A stretch of 64,000 nt of DNA, taken from contig NC_068985.1 in assembly GCF_001194135.2 (NCBI RefSeq), positions 22,097,425-22,161,424 of the forward strand. The letters are read 5' to 3'. Below the pieces are notes generated by a model. The model worked only from the letters and a program-made list of their open reading frames with translations, did no database searches and was not told the origin of the DNA. How positions within the stretch are numbered: the first letter of the stretch is position 1; each line of letters begins with the position of its first letter. This document shows positions 38,508-53,763 of this stretch, one piece after another. The position numbers and the translations under genes are program-made. The stretch comes from Octopus bimaculoides. Lineage: Eukaryota.

Positions 38508-39440
38508 CTGAAATAAAATATATAAATAAAACATTTTAAAACAATATGATTAAAACAACTGTCTGTTATTGAATAACAGAAATTTATAACATTCTTATAC
38601 AGTAGTAAACAGTACTATAAGAACAATACTAGCAATCTGAGGAAGCATTTTATACTCTCTATAGCTTTTTTTGATATTGTGTGCTGTGATGTAGATACTA
38701 TTGTTGCTCATGTTTCTAGGAAGAAGAAATAGAAGATAACAGAAGAAGAATTTGTGGAAAGAAGTTCTCAATGACGAGAGCAGAGATAGCAATGATGGCG
38801 AAGATGATGAACCATTGCCCAAGAAACCCAAATTCTCAGTTGTATGAGAATCATTTTGATAATTTCATATTATACATTGACTTGACAACAGAAACTGATA
38901 TTCAGCAATATTATCAACATTTTAGAGGCTTAAAGGAACTCATTAGTCAGAATTAGCATTAGCAAGTAAATAACAGAAATTTGACTCATTCTCCAAATTC
39001 ATCCCAACTCTGCTATAACTGTTAATCCTGTGGATGATATGGATTAACCACCTACTGTTGATTCAATACTTACATCCTTAGTCACCTCATATTTCTACAA
39101 ATAGGGGACAAGGACCAATGGAGTATCATAGCTTTACTAAATAACAATAAGCGTTATCACTTTTATTTCTATCTCTACTTTCACTACATTAATCTAATAA
39201 ACCATCTACTACAGGTAACAAGCTACAGCACAAACTTCTTAATTTTTACATACTGCAATGTTAAATAATTTTATAAGATATTTCCAGTATTACCAACAGA
39301 GTTACACATACTAAATCTAGAAAATGTAACTTTTAAATTGTAGTTTATCATACAAGTAAAAGAAAACTATGTCAATGTATTTTTAGATTTAGGATCTCTT
39401 TATAACATATGCTATAGTTCTCCCCTTCCACATACTTTAC

Positions 39441-39452
39441 CTGGTCCTGCAT
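39441..39452 (-). CDS. Putative first coding segment (MQDQ)
   Basis: ATG CAG GAC CAG followed by donor CAG|GTAAAG, phase 0, in frame with the next exon. The reading frame is open further upstream, so the true start is unproven. Confidence 0.45.
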
Positions 39453-39666
39453 GCATGCATACAAGCCCAGACAGCTAGTATGAATCTGTGTTTTCTTGAA
39501 AACATGATAATGTCTCAATTTTAATTTTGCCATAAACAAAGATTTCCTTATTAGTCCTTCATGCTTTGCTTCAAACAATAAGTTTCCAAAGCCCTTCAAT
39601 ATTGCAAAACTTACCCAGTCTTTTTCAATGAAATGATATTGGTGGTAATTGCTTGTGTCATTTTAT

Positions 39667-39670
<4 letters not shown>

Positions 39671-39730
<60 letters not shown>
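39671..39730. repeat. (TC)n microsatellite
   Basis: Direct reading. Confidence 0.97.
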
Positions 39731-39734
<4 letters not shown>

Positions 39735-40389
39735 TTTTTCTTTCACACATATGTAGACAAAAACTAAAGTATTAGTCATGGAAAATATATTAATAGCAAA
39801 ATGTAACACAAAAGCTCAATACACAAAGAATGAAAATGAACTCTAGTAACAAAATAACCACAGTCACTAAGGCTAAGCTATTTCCTCATTGTTGAAAGAG
39901 ACTTCATTTTAATTGTCAAATATATTTCAAATTCTACTACAACAAATGAAAACCAGAGAATATCTTAATGATTTTCACCTACAATAAAACAGCAATAGCA
40001 TGTGTCACCATACTCATTTCACTATGAAGACTGAGAAAGTCTTGAAACTTTTCCTTTTTTATCAATTTATTTAGATATTAAATATGTGACCCAGCTCCAC
40101 TCAATAAGTCAAATGCTAGGTGAGTTATAAGTTATCAGTTACACAACAAATTACAACAGAAATATGTTCACAGAAACACGCAGATGCAACTCAACACAAT
40201 TTCTTCCAGATATTGGTAACCATAATAATTAATAGCTATGGTACTTTGCTATTATCAACAACCAACTTTTATTTATTAAAGGATTAGGTTATAGATTATT
40301 AACCAAAAAATTTCAAACTGAATCTTTAATTCTCAAAACACCAAGAAATCAGTTATAATTGAGATTATGGAAGCAGAACATTTTCAATG

Positions 40390-41120
40390 TTTCCAGAAGT
40401 GACTTGAGTATGCTGCCCACAACATACTTTCCCCAAATAAATTCAGCCAAATATAACTTCAGGTGTTGACGTGCAGTTCATCAGTGGTGTTTGCTGTGCC
40501 ATTTAGCTGATCTCCACATTCACTCAATGATCTCAGTGTGAACACCACTGTGCTGATCAAATGAAGATATAAGTGAAGATTCACTTTGAAGTGCTCAAAT
40601 CCAACCTCTTCAGCTTCTATTGTCTTGTAGACAGGTCAATTATCTGAGCAAATGATAGAGCTTTTTTCTATGGTATTCATTGTTGTTCCTTCACTACAAT
40701 CACCAACTATGACCAAAAAGTACTTGATCATCTCCTAACAGAGTCCTCCAAAGATCCACTGCTGAGGAAACATATGAACAGTATTGTTCTTATGCTTAGT
40801 GAACAAGCTCTTGATTTCAATGATTAATCCTTTGTCTCTGATCTTATCTCTTGGCTCAAGTATTTGGTGCAAATTTATTGCATGTAGTTGTTCCAGTTGA
40901 ACAGTTGTGTTCTTGTTTATGCCTCATTCCTCCTCACAAAACTTGACTGACATCACTTCCTTGGACCAGCAATATAAGAAGTGGTTGGCTGTCGTAAACA
41001 GTAGATGACTATCAGTGAACCAATTTCCAGTATGCATGTTGACCTGCTTTTGAGAAGTGGACTTCCTGCAATCCCACAAAACATACAAACCAAAGTACAG
41101 TTTCCTTTCATGACTGAGGC
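40390..41120 (-). mobile_element. Decayed Merlin/IS1595 (ISXO2-like) transposase fragment
   Basis: Minus-strand translation FDQHSGVHTEIIE*MWRSAKWHSKHH**TARQHLKLYLAEFIWGK matches the ISXO2 C-terminal pattern GxHTxxIExxW...HLxxYLxEFxW; many stops; boundaries approximate. Confidence 0.75.
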
Positions 41121-41697
41121 AGAGAAAAGATATTCATTCTAACAAAAAAAAAAAACTAAAAATACCAGAAAAATGTTTAGTTATATTTATCTTTTAATAA
41201 ATGATAAGTTGGTTGTTTATAATAGAAAAACACTATAGTTATTATAGTGGCACAAAATGCATTCAAATACTGACCATAGATAGATAAAGAAAATTTTCTC
41301 TTCTTTATATTTGTTAACTTTTTCATAGGTATTAAGCAAAATATTTCATCCAATTACATGTTAGGAGGGGGTGGTCATCAAACACAGCTTGCTGGGTTTT
41401 TATTGTTTTTGAAATAGCTCTATATTAGCATGGATTGACTGATTCTTCAAATACAAATATTCATCTGAACCTGTTGAAGCAAGTATTTTTACAGCTGGTT
41501 GCCCTAACTATCCTTAAATATAAATTAGGAGAAACAGTTCGTTTTCTAGGTTAATAGTGTACTCATTGACAAATAAAACAGAATAGTTATGCTTAAGTTT
41601 GAAAACAGTACTTTGCTTGTTAGTGGTCCTGTATTTTATTGGAAGTCATTGTGTTTATTAATATTACTTTATCAAGAGAGCAGTTGTTTATTTAGAG

Positions 41698-42027
41698 CAG
41701 AGACTCTCAAACTTTTTGGGTCACCGCCCCCCCTCAGGCCACATAATACCCTCAGCGCCCCCACCCCTATTTTTATCTATAAATAAATATTTTATATTTT
41801 ATTAATTTATATATACTATGAATCATTTGATATTTAATATAATATTATATAACTTGTATACAATACTATAATAATATTATAATAAATTCATAGCATCCCC
41901 CAATTCACTGCCTTCCCCCTAACGCCTCCTTTTTTTCTACTGCCCCCACCACCACCACATACACACTTAGGCACCAGCACCCACCTGCTCACTGGGGGGG
42001 TGGTAGCACCCACTTTGAGAACCTATG
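41698..42027. mobile_element. hAT (Charlie-like) MITE, second family
   Basis: Imperfect TIR cagagactctcaaact / actttgagaacctatg and perfect 8-bp TSD atttagag (41690-41697, 42028-42035). Confidence 0.88.
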
Positions 42028-45000
42028 ATTTAGAGTCACACAAAATGCTTTGCTATATTTAGTTATGATCATTTGCAGTCAGAGTTCAAATCCAGCCAAC
42101 ATCAACTTTACCTTTCATCCCTTCTAGTACCTGTCAATTATTGAGGTCAATGTAATCAAGTACACTCTGTATCAAAAGGTGTGATTTTGCATGTCTGCTA
42201 AGTTCACCGTCATCGATTCACTGTTTTTGATTTTAATATAACAGTTTTTAACTATTAATGGTGAGATACTATGGATATATTTTCTTGGTAAACTTTCCTG
42301 TAATTGTGATTTTTTACCAATGTTAGAAATCAAAATTATATAATCAAGGACAAAGTCAAGTATGACAGGGTTTGAACTCAGAACCATATTGAACAAATGC
42401 ATCACTAGATTTAATTTCTTCTCTCATGCTTTCATGTTCAAATTCCATTGTGGTCCCTTTCAGAGCCTAAGATAATGAAAATATGTACTTGTAAAATACT
42501 GGAACTGATTCAGTGGACCATACCTTTCCCCATACACTCTTAACTTGAAGCCAAAGACAAATATCAATATATTTTTACTTCAAAAATTTAAAGAAAAAAC
42601 AATACTAGAATTTATTTTTGTTTTCAATGTGAAAAACAAATATTAAACATGTTTCAGATTGACATTTGGTTTATTAATCTCAGCCTGATCTTTAAAAAGA
42701 ATTTTAATTGACATAAAAAAATAAAACCTAAATGTTTTAAAGTGTCAATGGTTATATACACAAATTATAATGGAGACTACATCTTCCACATGAGATGAAA
42801 CTTGGCAAATATTTGTGCACAGATATTGAATTCATTTAAAGAAAGAACAAAGAGGTTTTTAACTACCGATTATTGAAGAAATTATTTAGTGTGCTTAAAT
42901 GATTCAATACAGAAAATTTTATGATCATAACAATGATAATGACAAACATAATAACACATTATCACATACACAAACAATTAACTAAAAATCTCAAATTAAA
43001 ATGCATGGCTAGAGAAAGAAAAACAAATTTGACGAAAATTTGGCGCCAGACTATTTGGATAGAAATTTAAAGAAGAAATTTTTAAAAATCTAATTTGTAC
43101 CATAAATGATGTAGATTAAAAATAATTTAATATCAAAACAATGTACATAAACTGAACCCAAATTTCTAACCTAATCCATAATGCACACTGGTTAAAATTA
43201 AATCTTGCTGTCATGAAAATTATTCTAAACTTGAAGGATTCTAATTTGATCATTAATTTCAAGGAAAAGTGGACAAATTAAAATATAATTTTTCAGTAAA
43301 TTAATAGAATAATCCCAACTAAAATAAGTAACGGAATCTACTGGCGTTCATTCAGAACCATGGGTTTAAAGCTGTGTTATACTTTTGGATAAAATGAGTT
43401 AAACTTATTTTCTGGTCCATAGCTAGAGAATATGTTTTAGACTTCCTACGGAAATTGAAGGCAATAGACTAACATCCTATGCAATGCAAGACTTGTCTTT
43501 CATTCACTCTATACTAGATAAAAATAAAAATAAAAAAGAGCTAAGCACCAGACCTATGAAGCATTAAAACATCAAATTCTAATTTTCTGCTGGAATATAT
43601 GGCAGTTTCTATTACAAGTACAAGCCAATTCTATAAATATTCATATATTACTTTGGTATTTCTAAATAGAGAGACTTTCAAAGTAGGAAGCTAGTTTGTA
43701 AACAACATCAATAAAAAAGGAGAAGAGTGTAATTAGAGCAGCCTACAGATAACAATTTCAAAAAATAAATCACTGAGGTTATTGCTGTATGATTGATTTC
43801 AAAATGAAATAAACACATGGAACAGTTTGATAAAGAGGGGTCTTTTTCTTCTTTTTTTAATGGGTTCAAAACCATTACAATAACTAATGCCTTAATGGTG
43901 TTAGGTTGACTCTCTTGATTTTTTGGTTTTTACTTTTTAATCATCAACTTTAATTTAAAAAGACAACAATATCTTCTAACCATACTTTCTGGGGTTTTTT
44001 TTTTTTTTTGGTTCTTACACTGTTTTCCCATTATCAGCTCATCTATTTTTCCATGTACATCCTAACAATTATTGACTGTGTATCATGTTCTTTTCTCCCT
44101 CTCAAAACTGACCAATTTATTTATGAAAATTTAAACAAAACAAAATGCATTAACTTACGCAAAACAATTATTTTGCTTGTTTGAAAAAATGAATTTTTCT
44201 TGAAATAAATTTATATATTTTGAGATTACTACTGGATAATTTTAACAAGCAACTTGAAAATAGTTGTAGCAAAAAATGTTTTGATAAATGCTTTAGTTGG
44301 CAAATCAAAACCAAAAACTTATTTCTTCTTGCTGATGTATCAAGTTCATTTTATAGTCTCAGTTATTTCCAATTGCTTTGGGTTTACATTCCTTTCTTTA
44401 ATAAAATAATTATCTTGTAATTTGTAAGTAAAAAAAGAAATTGAAGAATTCAAAAACAACAACAAATAATTCTGCTTGAAAAACAATTCTCCACAATAAA
44501 ACATATATTCAAAAGCTTTATTTTTGTTATAAAGATTCCATCGCCGTGTGAATTTAGTATTCAACTATTACTATTATTCCTTACAATACACATTATCTTT
44601 CTCTTTCTCTAAGTCTGTTTTAAAAACTGTCTCATGTGAATACTGTATTCTTTCTAACACAAACTGTACTCACACAAAACATGAACTAGTGTACAGATAA
44701 TATCAATACTAAAGTGATATAAAATACTTTACTGAAACAATGTTTCAGCTTTTATAACTATTTCAAGCCACTCCTTTCATTGAATGCAATTTATCAATAA
44801 TCATGCTGTTCAAAATCTGTTTCTATTATTTAAGAAAAGAAGAAAAAAAAAACAGTTTAAAGAAAGCTATTTGAAACATCTGTATTTTAGCGTAAGTTCC
44901 TCTATCCTATTTGAGGAGTTTAATAACATGGCTTCAAAGTTAAAAGGCATTCATAAAACAATACATTTTCTCTGTTGATAGGTTGGCCTCATTATCAAAT

Positions 45001-45942
45001 GAGCTGATTATGTTAATTCATAGAATCCCGAAGTCACAGAGCAGAATATCCTGCTTATAGACTAAGTGAATGAAGGTGAAAAAAGCCCCCACATTTTGTA
45101 TTGAAAAATAGTACTGATAAATGCAACAACTGTGTGTAAGGAGGGGAAGGAAGTGAATGAATAAAACAAAAAAAAAATAGGGAAAAAGGGAAGGAGGAAC
45201 ATAGATAATTTGTGAGAAAATAGGATGAGTTTATTTCTTCGTGTTGTGATAAACAGAACAAGATAAAAATTGTACAGTGTTTGATTAATAAAATTTGTAA
45301 TGTATACGAAAGGTGACTATGAAAACATGGACAAATGCATAAAAATGCATTTACAAATAAATATATATTATAACCTTTTGGACATTCCACTAACAAAACT
45401 GGAATTTTAATTTCTTTCAAGATTGTGACAAAATAAAGGAGTAAATAATATAGTAATTTTTTTTAAAGTTAAATTACTTTGAAAAGCATAAAAATCAAAT
45501 GATAATTTTCATTTTACTTTTTGCAAACACAGATTTATAAAAATAGTTAAATAAATAAATGGATGAAAAACAGATAGTGATTAATGGTAAACACAAATGA
45601 ATAAAATAAAGTGCTTAGTGAATGAGATCTTGAGAAAAATATAAATCGTTAGAATATGCAAAAATAAACCTAGGAAATTCTAGATTTCAATCATTTGAAC
45701 TTTTATTTAACTGGTTAAAATGCTGATGATAGCTGAAATATATTTGTCCTTAATTTTCTTTCCTTTTTCCTTTTTTACATCACTATCATAACCAATTTCA
45801 ACTTATAGATGAGAATGTATCTGAAGCTGGATGAATTGTATGACTTTCTTTTCATAGAAACCACTAAAAGTGCTGATTGATTAGCTCAATATAGCAAAAT
45901 AGATCTTCTTTCACAAATGCCTTACTATCTCATTTTGTGTGT

Positions 45943-45973
<31 letters not shown>

Positions 45974-46878
45974 CACGCGTGCATGCATGCACACACACAT
46001 GCATTCATGCACATGTGTGTGTATTACCCTACCATCTTTCGATTAGAAATGCTAATTAAATCCTTTGTTTGATAAGCAACCTCTAAGCCATCGATCCACT
46101 CAGGCAGAGCTGATCACAACTATCCAACTTTTGACACATCTCTAATGATTAATAGAAATTTATGACAGTAATTAATTTAACTTTTTTTTTCCCTTTTTTG
46201 CAATGTAAAAATTGCCAATGATTCTCAAATCTGATGTAAAACAGAGTGTAAGCTGTAGCTCACACAAAACCATCTTTTGCTTACCTAATGAACTGTTTAC
46301 AATAATCACGGTTAGAATCAAATGACAGTAGGCAGATATCAGTGGACCAAACTTCAAACGTTTTGTTTTTTGTTTGCATAGCAGCTTTCCATCATTTAAT
46401 AAAGTATTCGGTGGAAGTTGGCTTACAGCTCTTGGAAGTGTATTAGATGTAGAAAGACATTGCTAGGAGTGGCACCTGCAGTATTTTTGGTGGGATCACA
46501 GGTTAAACTGATCTGCTGACCTACATAATCATAAAAGAATTAACAAAGTCCAGACCAATTAGCAGATTAAATGACTAAAAAGTATGTGTGTTGCTGTATA
46601 AATTGGGTGTTATAGGAATAGCAATGTTTATAGGAGTTAATTAGATGTAAATCATGCTCAAATACTATGTTAGTTTTATTAAATAAAAAGGAGGATGAAT
46701 GTATTGGGAGAATGCAAACTTAATGACAAAACTAAGTAGATGCTGTCATAAGAAGTAACCATAAGAGATCTCCTTGCTAAAAACTTTTATTTAATGAATA
46801 AAAGATACCCCTCAGTATCCAGCTTTAGTAAGGTAGAGCACTTGGCCATCATGTCTGATGTGTTGGTCTCAACTTTAA

Positions 46879-47097
46879 CCCTTTAATATTTAAACCGGCC
46901 ATATCTGGCCCAAATATTCTCCTGTTTTATGTTCAAACTGGTTAGATCTGGCCTCTTACACCAACCCTACAATATCTTTCTAAACATTAACAGTTACCTC
47001 ATCAAAATCTCAAAGCTACAAGATAATGCAAGATTAATTCAAAACAATGTGAACAAATAAGCATTACTTTTGACAGAATAATGTGAATGCTAAAGCG
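46879..47097. mobile_element. piggyBac-like TTAA MITE, second family
   Basis: TTAA|ccctttaa ... gctaaagcg|ATAA; collinear with 32455-32676. Confidence 0.75.
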
Positions 47098-49864
47098 ATA
47101 AATGGGACAGAATTGTAAACAGCATGGAGACAAACATTTTGTAAGTCGATTTTAATACCTTTGAAGACATAAGAGCTTATTGGAGAGAGAGAGAATAGTA
47201 TATTTCTTTCAAGTCAATCTTTTATTTTTTACTTGTTTCAGTCATTGGACTCCAACCATGCTGTGGGACACCACCTTAAAGGGCTTTAGTCAAACTAATC
47301 AACCATCAACCACAGTACTTTATTTTTTTAAATCTGGTACTTATTCTATCATTCTATTTTGCAGAACTGTTAAGTTATAGGGACATAAATAAACCAACAC
47401 CAATCATCAAGCAGTGGGGAGACAGACACAAATACAACAACATGCATGCATACACAGAGTTGAGGTACATGGCCTAGTGGTTAGAGTGTTACATTCACAA
47501 TTGCAAGATTGTGGTTTCAAATTCCCAAACCAGCAGTGTATTGTGGTCTCAAGCTAAACACTTTATTCACATTACTCCAATCAACTCAGCTATATAAATG
47601 GGTAACGCTGCAACAGACTGGTGGAATATTGGGGAATATTGGCATGACCACCTAACCAGCAGGATGCCATCATTCAAAAGCTACAACAATGTGATGAAGT
47701 GCATTGTAACTGGCAGTGTATAACAACATCTGATTGTCTGGTCAATATCATCACACACACACACACACACACTCATATGATGGCCTTTTTCCAGTTTCTG
47801 ACTACCAAATCTACTCACAAGGCTTTCCTCAGCAGGGGGCTATAGTAGAAGAGACTTGCTCAAGGTGCTATACAGTGAGACTGAGCCCCAAAGCATGAGA
47901 TTGGGAAGCAAACATCTTATCTCACAGTCATGCCTGCGTCTAAATTATGTGTGCCTAGAGAGGAATTGTTTTCTTTTGCAAGTTCTTTTTTAGAAGTAAG
48001 ACATTTTGAAGGAAGCAAATGATGAGAATTATTGTTATTTTGAAATTTACAATGCAATGCACAAAGAATTGACACTGTTCATTAAAAATACATTTTTACT
48101 AAAACAACGATTATATTGAAAGCTGAGTGATACACTTCATAATGTAGATTTTTGTTATGATCTTCCATGGATTACTGCATACAAATGATGTTATCTAAAT
48201 ACCGGTGGATAGATTTCTATTATACTACTAAATAATTTAATTTATCCCTTGTTGAAAACATGACAACTTTTGTTAGCTAAATGGAAGTCTTGTTTACTGA
48301 TACAATTGTCCTAAGGCTAGAAAAGCAGTACAAGGACAGGTTTTAATCTCTAGTGTTAGCTTATTAAAAGACATGTCACATGTCAACCTTGCTGAAATAT
48401 GTATGTTGTGATATAATATGTATTAACTTGTCAATGATATGTACTAGTAAAACATCAAGAGGTGTACGAATGTTGACAGTACTTGAGAAATCAATGACAA
48501 GGCATCATTTCTGGTTTTTGCTTTTGTTACTACAGCTTGAGTTCAACATAGGGACTTATTTCAGTTCTATAATGCCTTCTTTTGATTATTTTGGTTATTT
48601 ATTTCTTGTTATGAATTTGTAATTGACCACAGGATATCATCAAGTAGGTGCAATAGTAGATTTGTTGTTTAGATTTAAATTAGTGAAGAGTGGTTGTGTG
48701 GTTAAGAATCTTGCTTCTCAACTATGTAGTCTTGAGTTCAGTCCTACTATGTGGCACCTTGAGCAACTGTCTTTTTACTTTAGTCCCAGACCAACCAAAG
48801 CTTTGTGAATGAATTTGGTCAATGGAAACAGAAAAAAAGCATCATGTATATATGCAGAGGGGGTACTCTTCTTTTTGGTAAGATGTGATAACTGTAAGCA
48901 AACAATGCAAGTGATGTCCTTTATCTTCTCTCTTCTGTGAAAAATGTCTAGCTATGAAAAATATTACCTTATTTGGAAACATTCCTCCCTTAGTTGGAAG
49001 AAGGGTGAAAAAGAAGGGCATCTGGTCATAGAAAATCTCTCTCAACACATTACATCTGACTCATGCAAGCATGGAAAAATGGATATTAAATGATGACAAT
49101 AATGATGATGTACAAAATAGAATCTTGCAGCAAGCAAAATTTATCAACACAAGAAGGGTTTCAGGGCCTTTAAACTTACAAGCCACTGAAGGATGTTGAA
49201 ACATGAAATGTGGTCCAAATATAAAATCTGGGTAGAAACTAAACACAACTAAGAGCAACTGCTGTTTATACAACTTTTCAGCATATCAACTATATTCCTA
49301 TAATTCAGAAACAAAACAGTATTGGCACTACCGCAATATTTCCTCTCAATGGTTTAATAAGTAAACCAGAATAACTAAAACTTGCATCGATTGATTGTTA
49401 ATTATAATGTTAATGAGTGCATAAGATGATGGATATTCCAATAAAGCTGAAAAAAATCTTTACAAGCTGAAGTTAATGCACTGGAGACTGGTTTATAACT
49501 TGGTTTAAAATGGTGCCCCATAGGGGTAATTATGTGATTCGCATGCTCAAGAAAAATAACCTTTTTTTTTTTCACACTTGCAACACAGGGTATCTCTTGA
49601 AGGACATTTTCTGTGGTCATGTCTATATACCATCATCATCATTCACTTAACATCCACTTTTTCATACTTGCTTGGATCAAGCAGATTTTAGTGAGGCAGA
49701 TTTTCTATGGCCAGTTGTCTTTCCTGTCACTAACAATCACATGTTTCCAAGCAAGGTGATATTTCCACATTGCTGGACATGTTTCCATGGAATATTGGAA
49801 ACAAAGGACACTGCTTGTATAACAATGATGCTCATTTACAACTATTCCATAATGTCAAGACAAG

Positions 49865-49897
<33 letters not shown>

Positions 49898-50289
49898 TGG
49901 GCTTCTCACAGTTTCTGTCAATGAAATCCACTCACAAGGTTTTGGCTGGCCTGGGTCTATAGTAGAACACACAAGCCCAAGATGCCTTCCAGTGGGACTG
50001 AACCCCAAACCATATGGTTGGGGAAAAAACTTTGTAATCACATACAAAAAAAAAGAGCAAAAAAAAAGACAATGAACACTTCTCTGAAACAGCTGCTTGT
50101 TATCCTCCATTGTAACAGTAACAGTATTATTTATAAGCATATCTTGATAATAAACATCTTTAGAGCTAAGCTCTGGCTTGTGATGCAGCTCTTTCCAATT
50201 CTAGCATCTTACTTTCAGTTTTTAGACTACTCAACATTATTTGAGAAATAAAAAGTACCCATTATGGTATATTTCATATGAAATCCATA

Positions 50290-50600
50290 CAATGCCCATT
50301 CTGAAGTTGTAATTCGTAGCCATGAGTTTTATGGTTTGAAGAAATTGATCCACAAATTCGGTTGGCTGTTGTCTGCAAGTTGTGAGCTGATGTACTACAA
50401 CCTTCTTCATTGGTTTAATGAAGATATTTTCCAAGTAATTTATCCCACCCTCATAATTGTCTGTCTGTAATAAATTGGAATGCTTTGCAATATGCAAAGT
50501 TTACAAAGGTGTGTTGTCTATAGCAAACAGGAATATTGATAGGAAAATTTTCAAAGCATATGAATGTTTGAATTCCAAAAAGCTGACAGAGATTGAGAAG
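50290..50600 (-). mobile_element. Gypsy LTR retrotransposon gag-like remnant
   Basis: YEGGINYLENIFIKPMKKVVVHQLTTCRQQPTEFVDQFLQTIKLMATNYNF resembles the Gypsy capsid pattern RHxLATRRQQPGESLDEFL; no LTRs seen. Confidence 0.6.
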
Positions 50601-53532
50601 AATCGCTTTGAGTCTTTTAGAACATAGAACTCTGGCTCATTTGATTCATTGAATAAACTATCATTAGAATGATAAAAGATCTGATTATGAAAGACTTTAT
50701 TCAGTAAATAATTCTACAACTAGATACAAAGCTTACATAAAGGAGAACATTTACCCATTAAATGGTACATCAACTATTTAAGGAAAAAAAAACCCCACAA
50801 AATCACAAAAGAATCTTCTTTGGTTATGCAATGTATGCACAGTACATACAAAATAGAATAACAAATATGTGTATTTTCATTTCTGATAGTTTTTTTCGTA
50901 CAAGGAAAGAATAATGTTAACATTTACAGGGAATACATCACAAGTTCATTCCATGACAATATGCACCCAGTGCACTCTGTAAAGTGGTTGGTGCTAGAAG
51001 GAACATCCAGGCATAGTAACCATGACAAAATGAAATGTACAAACAAGACATGGAGCTCTAACCACACCTATGAGAGAAATAACTCTGAATGAGAGCTGAC
51101 TTGACCATGATGTTAACCTGGAAAGTAAATATAAACTGATGACAATGACAATGATAAGCACCGAGTAACAGAAAAGCTAGGCTACTAAATGCCTCCTAAA
51201 GAGGTTCAATTATTTCCATCTCTGTTTCAAGTTCAAATCCAGGCAGGATTAATGCTGAGTTAGTAGAAATAGTACCAGTGATATATTAAGATCAATTTAA
51301 TTGGCTTCCTTTTTCCCTACAAACTTAAAATGCATTATTAACAAATGGTATTTGTATGTGTGTGTATGTTTGCAGGTGTACGTGTGTAGTTAGAATAGTG
51401 GTTAACTGCTTCTGAGATTATTCTACAATTTGGTTTCAATTTCTAATTTACTTCTTTTAAATTACTAATGTGCTTAGGAAGGCATAAACAACCCAACTTC
51501 TTCTCCAAGCTTTCATGAATCTCATTACTGTCATCATCATCATCATCATCATGAGCATTGGTTTTAGACTTGCTGCAGGTGCATTTAGTAAGTGCTTTTC
51601 ACTGACATAGGAATAATTTGGTTGTCTTTCCATTCTGTTAGACTGAATGGAATTGTCATGAACCACATTTTTGTTTTCTATTTGTTCTAAACCAACAATA
51701 ACAAAGGGATTTCTCTCCCCCCCCCCCCACCGCACCTTGTTTTTCTAAACTTCAGTTGTGAACAACATACTCATTTTTAGAAACCATACATTACATTATG
51801 TTATACTAAATACACTAACATTACATGCCCACATTAGTGAATAAATACACACATTCATGTGAATGTAAGGAGTATAAAATGTATGATGCTGTTGTGGACA
51901 TGCTATCTGCAAGGATAAGGAAGACAATGATGGTAACAATGTCAAAGCTACACCATTGAAGTGAATGGATTTCTCAATGTTCCAAATTCCATACATTTCA
52001 TGTTTTCACTTTGTCAGTTTAGAAAACCTATTACCTAATGCTTCTTATTCCATGTTATTTTTACATTATTCTTTCTACATTCTCTCTCAACTATCTTTTT
52101 TCATTCATCCTTTTCTCCCATTAACTTCACTTTAGTTATAACCCATCTTCATGTCTCTCCTATCCCTATTTATTTTGTGGCAATGGGAGGAGAAAGTTTG
52201 TCTCTTTTGTCCAGTAACATTCCCCACCACTCAAACACAAAAAGCTGTTATTGGAATATAAAACTTTTCCACTACAAATTAACACATTTTTCTTTTTACA
52301 CAGCAAAGAATTTCTAGTTTTTTTTTCCCCTCACTTTTTAACTCTTATTTGTGACAAATAGTTTTCTAAACATTTTTATACTATTTTTTTTTTTTTTTCT
52401 GATAATCTTTCTATTTTCATGTTTCGTATCTAGATTCCCTACTTAACATCTGCAACCCAACCATGAAGGCATGATGACTCTTTCTCCTAGCTAAACTATA
52501 AAAGACACAATTCACAGGATCAGGATCATGAGTTAGCTCTCTCTAGCTACAAAATACATTTAGCAAAAAATGTTTACTTTTTTGCATGACATTATAACCA
52601 AAATTTATTCGCCTTCTTCATCATTAAATTGAAGAAGTTAAAACTTAATTCAATTGTTTTCCAGCATAGCTGAACACACAGTGTAAATGTTACATTAATT
52701 GCAGCTGGATCAGTTGTCAGCTGATCAACCAGAGTTGATGATTTGTTTTGTTTTTTTATATAATCAGAAGACAAAGGAGATCTTAAACTTATCAAGGTTA
52801 TCATGAAAACTTTGATAATATCATTATCCTCATCATTGTTGTTTCATCATCATTTTCAACTTATTGAGGCAGATTGTCTATGGCTGAATGCTCTTCCTGT
52901 TGCTAAGCAAGGTAATATTTCCTTTAATCTTCTGAACAATGAACAGTAGATTGTAAACAAATGGAACTGTTTGTATAGATGGTGACTTTGTTTTTACATA
53001 GTGCACAAATAATGTCAAGACAAGTCAACACACACACTGAGCTTCTTACAGTTCGTCTACCAATTCCACTTATAAGGCACTAGTCATCTTAAAACCATAG
53101 TAGCAAGTATAAAGCCATAATAGAAGATATTTACCCGTAGTACCATGCAGTGGGAATGAACCCTAGACTACATGGTTATGAAGCATACTTCTTAATCACA
53201 CAACAATACTTGTGCCTATATAAAGTATAAAGTTGTAATGCCACATCATCATTACTATCATTTTAACATCCACTTTTCCATGCTGACATGGGTTGGTCAG
53301 AATTTGTTCAAATGGATTTTCTACAGTGGATGCCCTCCCTCTTGCCAACTCTCACCCATTTCCAAGTAGGATAATATTTCCCCTTGACCAGACTTGTTTC
53401 CACAGAGTATTGGAAATGAATGACACTGCTTGTATGAATGATGGTGATATTCATTTACAACAATCATGTGATACCAAGACAAGGAGATATAGATACACAC
53501 ACTCACATACATACAGATATGTACATGTCATG

Positions 53533-53585
<53 letters not shown>

Positions 53586-53763
53586 ATGATGGGCTTATAT
53601 ACATATATGATAGTAGAAAACACTTTCTCAAGGTGCCACAGAGTGGGACTGAACCCAGAATCATGTGGTTGGGAAGCAAACTTCTTGCCTGCACCTATTC
53701 ATCAACCATGCACCACTAACATCAAATTTACTTCTTTGAAAATTTGGATACATTATATAGATA

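Noticed and set aside
51457-51735. ORF with poly-Met (or poly-Asp in another frame) after a good minus-strand acceptor
   Set aside because: Driven by a (CAT)n repeat; no convincing donor, and the poly-Asp frame has an upstream stop.
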